Shown here one piece after another: positions 1-6,842 of a stretch of DNA of 32,000 nucleotides (positions are counted from its first letter, which is position 1; each line of letters starts with the position of its first letter). The stretch is from Acaryochloris thomasi RCC1774. Its GTDB lineage: Bacteria; Cyanobacteriota; Cyanobacteriia; Thermosynechococcales; Thermosynechococcaceae. The notes beneath the pieces were generated by a model. The model searched no databases and was not told where the DNA came from. It saw nothing but the letters and a program-made list of their open reading frames with translations. Location of the stretch: assembly GCF_003231495.1 (NCBI RefSeq), contig NZ_PQWO01000030.1:1-32000 (forward strand), given 5' to 3'. The translations under genes and the position numbers were made by a program.

Positions 1-511
1 CACTGGGGCCACCGACACAAGCGCACCCCTGCGATGGTGTTGGGATTCATCCAGCGGCCAGTTGAAATTGCTGAGATATTGGTGGTCAGAAGTTTTAGAT
101 GCGTCACTTCTTAGCTGGACAGTGCCCGGAAAACGATGGATGACGACGAGTCAACACTCGCATAAGCATAGGAGAACATACATCCCCTTATCGATAGAAT
201 ATCCTTACCCGTTTAGGACTACCAATATCTGAATAACTTCGAAGGACCATCACTCAGACATTACTGGACGTTGGTCTGCGGTCAGCCTCGTTATGTATCG
301 AACGCGAGAGTGAGCGCAGAAAGCTATGTCAAGGGTTAAAAAAGATAGCTACGGTGGTGGTTATCTAGGGGTGTAGATGAAATTTCAAGAATCGCAAGAG
401 AAATCAGTAGAAGCATTGCAGGCAGAAGTATCAGCCATCAAAAGATATAGGTGCAGGTGCTTCCAGTGAAATAAAAGGTCAAAGCAGGAGTTGTCTCTGT
501 ACCTCGCGCAA

Positions 512-685
512 CTATGCACTTTCCAGGGCTTCATGAATGGCATGTGTTCCAATCAGGTCATCGAGCAAATCAGAAAGCTCCAGAGACTCAATATCACCCG
601 CTAAGAAACGCTGATAGAGGCGAGAAATATTACGGTTGAGCTGACTTTGAAGAGAGGAAGCTGCGTTTGCGTTGATGTTTGCCAT
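512..685 (-). CDS. small acidic protein, 57 aa, paralog A of a tandem pair; function unknown
   Basis: Hand translation of the minus strand gives MANINANAASSLQSQLNRNISRLYQRFLAGDIESLELSDLLDDLIGTHAIHEALESA*. It is below the 60-aa cutoff of the ORF track. An AAAGGAA SD-like motif lies about 9 nt upstream of the ATG. It shares the MAN start and the core LYQxFLAGDIxxLExSxLxDDLIGxH with the ORF at 753..929. Confidence 0.45.
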   Translation of the reverse strand: MANINANAASSLQSQLNRNISRLYQRFLAGDIESLELSDLLDDLIGTHAIHEALESA

Positions 686-752
686 GGTCGAGAGATTCCT
701 TTGAGAAACAAACTGAGAATTAAGCGTTAAAACGGTGAGGTCAATCAGGGAC

Positions 753-929
753 TTAGACTGTGCAAAGCTGAGACTCTTCTACACTGTCGATTAAAGAGTG
801 AATACCAATCAGATCATCAACTAGCTCAGAGAACTCAAGCGTTCCGATATCGCCCGCTAGAAAATGCTGATAGAGGCAAGCGATTTCGTGGCTGAGCTGA
901 TCTTGAGCTGTCGTTTTTGTGTTTGCCAT
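753..929 (-). CDS. small acidic protein, 58 aa, paralog B of a tandem pair; function unknown
   Basis: Hand translation gives MANTKTTAQDQLSHEIACLYQHFLAGDIGTLEFSELVDDLIGIHSLIDSVEESQLCTV*. The same AAAGGAA motif lies upstream of ATGGCAAAC. Conservation between the two copies is at protein level, with synonymous and conservative changes, which argues for coding. Confidence 0.45.
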   Translation of the reverse strand: MANTKTTAQDQLSHEIACLYQHFLAGDIGTLEFSELVDDLIGIHSLIDSVEESQLCTV

Positions 930-1252
930 GATTGAGCGGTTCCTTTATTTGAAGTGTTGGGGCTGAAAGCCAGCGACGTTGTTTTTGTCGATACACTTAC
1001 AATATCGAGATGCTCAAAGTAAGGGATCCGGAGAAGTACGGATTCTTACCAACTAGAAATCAAGACGAAGAGGGTGAAATTACTGATCCCCGCAAAAGTA
1101 CTGAGAGAGACACGCAGATAGATGCCCAAGAGCCTCAGTAGATTTACGCAAAAATTCCGTGACTTTACGGTCTCTTGTCACTCAAAACCGTAGATGTTGC
1201 TCTTTGTCTACCGCTCTGTGACCTTGAACTATTCTCATTAAGAAAAGTTAAG

Positions 1253-1268
1253 GGCCGTCATTGCGGCC
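1253..1268 (-). terminator. candidate intrinsic terminator of ORF 1271..1693
   Basis: A GGCCG / CGGCC 5-bp GC stem with a 6-nt loop starts 3 nt after the stop codon. On the minus strand it is followed by CCTTAACTTTTCTTAA. The stem is short, so support is weak. Confidence 0.3.
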
Positions 1269-1270
1269 AT

Positions 1271-1693
1271 TTATTTGATTAAAAACGGTAGCAGGGGTCT
1301 AAGCAGCTTCCGTATTCGGAGCAGGCTAAGCAGCGTTTGGAGGCGGGGGGCGACGCGTCCTGGAACATCTTCTGCGGCAATTCGGAGCTGGGCCTGCAGC
1401 TCAGCATATTCTGCTGCTGTTAACTGACGGCCATCAATGGGAGACCGTGCTTCTGTAATAATTTCAGTCTGTAACACCTCTTCTGGAATATCTTCCGACG
1501 GCGGTAGAGACTGGGCAAGCAGAGGCTCTTTGGGTAGGCCAGTGGTGATGGCAAACAACAGGACGAATATCTTGACCGGCCTCAACCCATCAAAAACACG
1601 ACTATCGGAATGTTCACAACATCGATCCATTGTTTTGCCCAAGGGTGTTCTTGCCGTCATATTATCTAATGCTTTTGTCTGCGATGCGCTCAA
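1271..1693 (-). CDS. hypothetical protein, possibly exported (internal hydrophobic segment VKIFVLLFAITTGLP)
   Basis: Track ORF of 140 aa. The C-terminal two thirds (EDIPEEVLQTEIITEARSPIDGRQLTAAEYAELQAQL...) look protein-like, unlike the antisense ORF 1437..1730. The true start may be internal, for example TTG before RPVKIF. No family was recognised. Confidence 0.5.
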   Translation of the reverse strand: MSASQTKALDNMTARTPLGKTMDRCCEHSDSRVFDGLRPVKIFVLLFAITTGLPKEPLLAQSLPPSEDIPEEVLQTEIITEARSPIDGRQLTAAEYAELQAQLRIAAEDVPGRVAPRLQTLLSLLRIRKLLRPLLPFLIK

Positions 1694-1759
1694 GGTACTC
1701 TGGCTCTCTAGTGAGTCACATTTCTACTAGAGGATGGAATGCTTGACGGTGGGCCTTTC

Positions 1760-2203
1760 TCAGGACCGCTCGCCAATTTGAGCAAACTCGCGATCTCCAA
1801 AGATGGCAGACGAATGACGATACGACTTAAATTCCATCAGATTATGAAACGGATCTTCAAGGAAGAAAGTCTGATGTTCTAGCTTCTGACCTGAAAAACG
1901 AACCTTCGGCGGTAGATATATCTCTATTTGGTGCTGTTCAACTCGATGTAGAAAGGCTTCCCAATCTGTCTCAGCCTCGAATACGAGTCCAAAATGTCGT
2001 GGGTAGATCCCTTTTTGGGGCGGCAAAGGCTCATGGGTCATGTGGGCCACCAGCTGATTCCCATAAAGATTGAGAATGACAGCCTGATCACTTTCCCGAC
2101 CAATGGTGCAGCCCAAACCGTCTCCGTAATAGGCTTTGGTTTGGGCAATGTCGGTGACAGGGAATGCCAAGTGAAATAGGATTGAACCTGTAGGCTGAGA
2201 CAT
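1760..2203 (-). CDS. VOC (glyoxalase/bleomycin-resistance/extradiol dioxygenase fold) family protein
   Basis: 147 aa. The N-terminal FHLAFPVTDIAQTKAYY and later HFGLVF / FFLEDPFHNLMEF blocks are typical of paired beta-alpha-beta-beta-beta VOC modules. Confidence 0.7.
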   Translation of the reverse strand: MSQPTGSILFHLAFPVTDIAQTKAYYGDGLGCTIGRESDQAVILNLYGNQLVAHMTHEPLPPQKGIYPRHFGLVFEAETDWEAFLHRVEQHQIEIYLPPKVRFSGQKLEHQTFFLEDPFHNLMEFKSYRHSSAIFGDREFAQIGERS

Positions 2204-2220
2204 GGGGTGGCCCTTCTGAT

Positions 2221-2985
2221 ATGTCGTTTTTCTATGATATTGCGGGTTGGAATCCTTGGCTGGTGGCGGTGCTACTCAACCTCAGTTTAGGACTGGTGGG
2301 CTGGAAGCTGGTGAGTAAACTGCTAACGTCTGCGGGGCTAGTCCATGCGTTTATTTTGGGCGTTCTCGTCTGGGGAACGCTGGGTTGGGCTGGCTACACA
2401 GTTGTGCTGTTTTACTTTTTGGTGGGGTCTGGGGTGACTCGGATCGGCAAGGCAAAGAAAGAGGCAGAAGGCATTGCTGAAAAGCGTGGCGGCGCTAGGG
2501 GGCCTGAGAATGTCTGGGGGTCGGCTGCTGCTGGCACTGTCTGTGCGATCGCAACTCTCTTCACCTCTTCTGTTTATCACCCGCTGCTGCTGTTGGGATA
2601 CGTCGCTAGTTTCAGCACCAAGCTCTCAGATACCACCGCCAGCGAAGTGGGCAAAGCCTACGGTCAACGGACATTTTTGATTACCACTTTTAGGTCCGTA
2701 CCCCGAGGAACTGAAGGGGCGGTGAGCTTAGAAGGTACCCTAGCGGGAATTGTTGCTTCTATTGCCCTAGCGCTGCTGGGCTGGGCGGTGGGACTTGTGT
2801 CGCCATTGGGGATGGTGTGGTGTGCGATTGCTGCCTTCATTGCGACCAACATCGAAAGCCTGATTGGTGCCACCCTGCAATCACGTTTTGCGTGGCTGAC
2901 CAACGAAGTTGTTAACGGCATCAATACAGCGATCGGAGCCGCTGCCGCCATTGGCATTGCGGTCCTCATTCAGGCACTTTTGTAG
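2221..2985 (+). CDS. DUF92/TIGR00297-type polytopic membrane protein (the family that includes VTE6-like phytyl-phosphate kinases)
   Basis: 254 aa with multiple hydrophobic helices. The loop GKAKKEAEGIAEKRGGARGPENVWGS and the STKLSDTTASEVGK and EGAVSLEGTLAG motifs are recognised from the DUF92 family. The kinase role is by family analogy only. Confidence 0.7.
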   Translation: MSFFYDIAGWNPWLVAVLLNLSLGLVGWKLVSKLLTSAGLVHAFILGVLVWGTLGWAGYTVVLFYFLVGSGVTRIGKAKKEAEGIAEKRGGARGPENVWGSAAAGTVCAIATLFTSSVYHPLLLLGYVASFSTKLSDTTASEVGKAYGQRTFLITTFRSVPRGTEGAVSLEGTLAGIVASIALALLGWAVGLVSPLGMVWCAIAAFIATNIESLIGATLQSRFAWLTNEVVNGINTAIGAAAAIGIAVLIQALL

Positions 2986-2988
2986 CGT

Positions 2989-3336
2989 TTAGAGCGTTTC
3001 ATGAGTTTTACTGGCCGTCTGATAAATGTGAGACGGTAGCATTTCAGCGAACCGACGATACTCAGCCAGATACTGCTCTAGAACAACAAATTGAGGCAGA
3101 TTGAGACTGTAATAAATCCAGCGGCCCTCGTGGCGATTGTGGACTAGCTCCGCATCTTTGAGGACTTTAAGATGGAAAGAGAGCTTCGATTGGCTTGTAT
3201 TTAACGACTCACAGAGTTCGCCGACACATAGCTCCTGTTGGCGGAGCAGTTCGAGAACATGCACTCGTAAGGGGTCGGCAAGGGCACGAAAACCGTTAGA
3301 GATCAAAGTGGACGGCGGAGCGTAGGCTTGTGGCAT
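2989..3336 (-). CDS. ArsR/SmtB family winged-helix transcriptional regulator
   Basis: 115 aa. FRALADPLRVHVLELLRQQELCVGELCESLNTSQSKLSFHLKVLKDAELV...GRWIYYSL is the canonical ArsR HTH signature. Confidence 0.9.
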   Translation of the reverse strand: MPQAYAPPSTLISNGFRALADPLRVHVLELLRQQELCVGELCESLNTSQSKLSFHLKVLKDAELVHNRHEGRWIYYSLNLPQFVVLEQYLAEYRRFAEMLPSHIYQTASKTHETL

Positions 3337-3501
3337 CAGGGCGTTTCGAGTGGAGTGCTATGAATAAACTGCTTTAGATCAATGGTGGCCCGACTAGCCG
3401 TTTAACTGGTTCCGCCGGATCTTGATGCTGGGTAGCACTACCTCGCAAAATGTTTGATCAGGGTGACTAGTGATAATTACTCACCAAAGGTACCCACTCT
3501 G

Positions 3502-4317
3502 TTATACACCTTTATCCATCTGATCTAGCAACTGATTGATTAAAGATTTATCTTTTGATAATGGATATAGATCTAAATAGTCTGTAAAGTCCTGCCGTGC
3601 AGCGGCCCAATGGCCTAGCTGATAGTAGAGAAGACCGCGATCTCGCAGCTCTTCACTTTGAGGATTGATTAAGATAATTCGCTCAGAGACGGCCAAGCTT
3701 TTTTCCAGTTGTTTCAGATGGAGATAAATCTGCTTGAGATTCATAAGCATCCGGGTCAAAAACTGCTGTGGGGTAACTGTTTGGATAAACCTTGCCTCTA
3801 GCTCTAGTGGCTGACCATAAAGTTGCATGAGCCGGTTTTCACAATCTTGGGCAAAGAGGACATCACCGCGATTAAACGGATCGACATGGAAGTCAATATC
3901 ATCCCGCTCAGGCCGAATCAAAAAATGTCCAGGGAAGTTAACTCCCACCATCGGGAAATCAATACGGCGGGCAATTTCAAGATAAACCAGCGATAGCGTT
4001 AGCGGGATGCCCATGCGCCGATTAATCACGTCATTTAAGAAGCTGTTGCGAGGGTCATAGTAATTTTTCTGATTGCCGACGTAGCCCAATTCGTCGAACA
4101 GATAGCTATTAATCGCCTGAATGACCCGCAGCGGATAGGCGACATCAGGTAAGCGCGTTCGAATCTCTGCCGCCATGCTATCGAGAGTCGTGAGGTAAGT
4201 CTCGATCTCTAGATCAGGATATTCCTCTTGAGCAATGCAGAGAGCCGCCTCTGCTAGATCAAAAGTAGAGCTTTGTATGAGTTGATGGAGCCGCTGACGA
4301 GCTTGAGGAAATTCCAT
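3502..4317 (-). CDS. SirB1-like protein (transglutaminase-like N-domain plus TPR-like C-domain, COG2912 type)
   Basis: The track ORF is 3502..4428. Family similarity begins at the internal MEFPQARQRL (ATG at 4317). Supporting motifs are AALCIAQEEYPDLEIETYL, YYDPRNSFLNDVINRRMGIPLTLSLVYLEIARRI and NFPGHFLIRP. The start is uncertain (4317 or 4428). Confidence 0.75.
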   Translation of the reverse strand: MEFPQARQRLHQLIQSSTFDLAEAALCIAQEEYPDLEIETYLTTLDSMAAEIRTRLPDVAYPLRVIQAINSYLFDELGYVGNQKNYYDPRNSFLNDVINRRMGIPLTLSLVYLEIARRIDFPMVGVNFPGHFLIRPERDDIDFHVDPFNRGDVLFAQDCENRLMQLYGQPLELEARFIQTVTPQQFLTRMLMNLKQIYLHLKQLEKSLAVSERIILINPQSEELRDRGLLYYQLGHWAAARQDFTDYLDLYPLSKDKSLINQLLDQMDKGV

Positions 4318-4681
4318 AAGGGCAATATAGTGCCGATGATGTAATGATCTCAAGTGCTGGGATCGTTGAGAATTTATCGATGTCAGAAATAGATTCGACT
4401 CTGACCCCACTAATTGTAGGGGTGTCAACTGAATTGGACCTCAAGGTTTACCTTGAAAGAGAGATGATATTGCCACTTGAAGAACTTGATTAATAAAGGA
4501 GATTTCTCAAAAGAGATTGTTGTGTTTCGATAACCCCCACAGCAACTCATGCATCTTCTATATGAACGGACTTTTTGTGTGTCGATGTAACAATCCTGCA
4601 TCAGTTTTGTAGGGTAAGAATATTTTATGCTTTTTTGATAAATATGATCTAAATAGTGCCTGAATCTATGTCGTCCTATTG

Positions 4682-4993
4682 GAAGTCCGGATTGAATATC
4701 TGTTCATTTATCATGATTTTATTCTCGTGATTTCTGCCAAGAGATTTGGTGGTAACTGCTAGCTTGATCAGCAGGTGGCAATTGGAAATAATGAGGAAAA
4801 ACAGAATCTAACTATTGGTGATAATGTCTTTGTCAGAGCGGGTACTAAGGTGATCTGAGCTATGACGGTGGGCGATAGGTGACGGTCGGTGCAAATGCAG
4901 TTTTTGTAAAGAGGGTGCCTTTTAGCTGTGTTGTTCTAAGACGGCCAGCACATATCATCAAAAGGGATGGTGTTAGAGTCTCTGAAAAACTAT
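4682..4993 (+). pseudogene. decayed serine O-acetyltransferase (CysE)-like hexapeptide-repeat acetyltransferase remnant
   Basis: One frame reads EVRIEYLFIYHDFILVISAKRFGGNC*LDQQVAIGNNEEKQNLTIGDNVFVRAGTKVI*. After a frame change it reads VTVGANAVFVKRVPFSCVVLRRPAHIIKRDG. This is colinear with the CysE core ...IDHxTGIVIGETAVIGxxVxILQxVTLGGTGKxxGxRHPxIxDxVxIGAGAKILG...IGAxxVVxxxVPxxxxxxGxPARII. It has at least 2 in-frame stops and 1 frameshift, and the N-terminal domain is missing. Confidence 0.5.
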
Positions 4994-5854
4994 AGGTGGT
5001 GTGTGAGACCTAATCGCTTCGATGCTTCTAAGCCTGGATGGACTCTCGATTTACGAGACCCCAAGACGATTCAAGCTCAATTGCCGGTATGGGAATGGTT
5101 TTACCGCTACTATTTCCGAGTTCAAACCAGCGGCTGGCAGCATGTTCCCAAGCAAGGTCCAACCTTGGTCGTTGGTTCCCATAACGGCGGGATGGCGGCT
5201 CCTGATCTGCATATGTTTCTGTATAGCTGGTTCCAGCATTTCGGCACTGAACGGTTGGCCTATGGTTTGCTGCATCCTGGCATGTGGAAAGGGTTCGCAG
5301 CTCTGAACCCAGAGATGAATCAACTGTTTGCGCGGATGGGAGCTGTGGTGGCTCATCCTAAAATGGCGATTGCGGCGCTGCGGGCTGAGGCGAGCGTCCT
5401 TGTGTTCCCTGGCGGCGCTCAGGATGTGTTTCGGCCCCATTGCGATCGCAACAAAATTCACTTTGCGGGACGGATGGGCTTCATCAAACTAGCGCTGCGA
5501 GAGCAGGTTCCCATCGTGCCGGTTATTTCCCACGGTGCCCACGATACTCTGTTTGTGCTGACTGATATCTATGACAGGGTTCGGCAACTCCATGATTGGG
5601 GGATGCCGTGGTTTTTGGGGATTGATCCTACCGTGTTCCCGATTTATCTGGGGCTACCGTGGGGGGTTGGCCTGGGACCGCTGATGAATATTCCACTCCC
5701 CGCTCAGATTCATATTCGGGTCTGTCCGCCTATTTATTTCGATCGGTATGGACCTGAAGCTGCTCGCGATCGCACCTATGTTGCAGCCTGTTATCAAACT
5801 GTACAGACAAAAATGCAGCAAGCCCTGGATGAATTGGTTGCTGAGTGTGAATGA
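4967..5854 (+). CDS. acyltransferase of the lysophospholipid acyltransferase (LPLAT, MGAT/DGAT2-like) superfamily
   Basis: 295 aa. VVGSHNGGMAAPDLHMF and VLVFPGGAQDVFRP...IHFAGRMGFIKLALREQVPIVPV match the two conserved LPLAT blocks. The substrate is unknown. Confidence 0.65.
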   Translation: MVLESLKNYRWCVRPNRFDASKPGWTLDLRDPKTIQAQLPVWEWFYRYYFRVQTSGWQHVPKQGPTLVVGSHNGGMAAPDLHMFLYSWFQHFGTERLAYGLLHPGMWKGFAALNPEMNQLFARMGAVVAHPKMAIAALRAEASVLVFPGGAQDVFRPHCDRNKIHFAGRMGFIKLALREQVPIVPVISHGAHDTLFVLTDIYDRVRQLHDWGMPWFLGIDPTVFPIYLGLPWGVGLGPLMNIPLPAQIHIRVCPPIYFDRYGPEAARDRTYVAACYQTVQTKMQQALDELVAECE

Positions 5855-6523
5855 ATTTACGCTATTGAGAGCGGAAACGCAAACGGTCGTCGTTACCCCC
5901 TTCAGAAAATACTGTCAGCATCGTCGGCCCCCTATCTTCCGCCTTCCCTGTAGCGCTGTTTTAGCCCCCACCCCCCTAGCGCAACGAAAGCCAAGGCTGC
6001 CACTAAAGTCTGTGACTGAGAAGAATACTTATTGGGGCTGCGAGAGATTTTTATGCACGACTAGCCAATATTCCGCTGATTCTGTACGGCAGCCTTGCCC
6101 TTTCTGGTAAGTTGCTTAAATATCTGACGCTCTGTAGTAGTGAGTTTGACGGTGTATTTCTTGCGGATCATTGAGAAAAATAGTACTGCCTCCTTCTTTA
6201 GTTATCCCAAGTTTTAGCCATGATTGACTACTAAATTGCCCACAACCTCCAGCGCCGCGCTCTGCCTGCTCAGCTTCTTCCGCTGTGAGATCGCACCTCC
6301 CACAACCCCAGCACAACAGCACCGGCATTAAAAACCATCTAACCGCTCCTCGAACGCAAAGCTAGACATCTCCCACTCCATCAACTGACAGAACCAAAAG
6401 CTTCTCTAGCATGGCCTGCGGCTTCTGAATACGCGGGTCTACCTCCGGTTTAGCTTCAGCCACCTCAACCACTGCCTGCTCAGGTACTTCCCGCTGCTCA
6501 TCACCCACCAGCTCCCCCGCACA

Positions 6524-6564
6524 AAGTTAAGTTACTTCCGGCTCAGCCGGAGGTAACTTAACTT
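6524..6564 (+). other. long perfect-type hairpin (19-bp stem, 3-nt loop)
   Basis: AAGTTAAGTTACTTCCGGC tca GCCGGAGGTAACTTAACTT. I paired it position by position. The only non-Watson-Crick pair is T6536/G6552, which is a wobble only in a plus-strand RNA. It is followed by ATTTAAACTTTCATT. Confidence 0.6.
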
Positions 6565-6842
6565 ATTTAAACTTTCATTGGAAGTATATTGCTTGGCCGA
6601 ATTATGCAATAGTATGGTTGCTGTGGGTGAACGAAATATTTTTTAAAATATTCTTCCTTCTAGGGAATATTGTTGATTCTCTAGGTCTGGACCGTGGGGG
6701 CAATGGGATGTATGAAGTGGCGGTGTTGCCGGGGGTAAGGAGACCGTCTGGAATTAGATTTCAAGCTAATGAGAGTCGCCGCGCTTTGCATGAAGTGTAG
6801 GGCTGGACATTTGCAGGTTAATAATTTTTAGGGGAGTTACTT

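Noticed and set aside
1437-1730. Plus-strand 97-aa ORF
   Set aside because: It is antisense to ORF 1271..1693, whose product looks more protein-like. The two cannot both be supported, and the minus-strand ORF was preferred.
2338-2969. ORFs 2338..2580 (-), 2474..2680 (+) and 2664..2969 (-) within the DUF92 gene
   Set aside because: They are shadow ORFs inside a GC-rich membrane-protein gene with a continuous, motif-bearing plus-strand frame.
5748-6110. Plus-strand 120-aa ORF overlapping the 3' end of the acyltransferase gene
   Set aside because: It overlaps a well-supported gene out of frame. The Pro/Arg/Cys-rich product looks non-protein-like, and it has no recognisable motif.
6618-6800. 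60-aa ORF just upstream of the FG-GAP/RTX gene
   Set aside because: It has a non-canonical start, no RBS and a low-complexity product. It most likely lies in the promoter or leader region.
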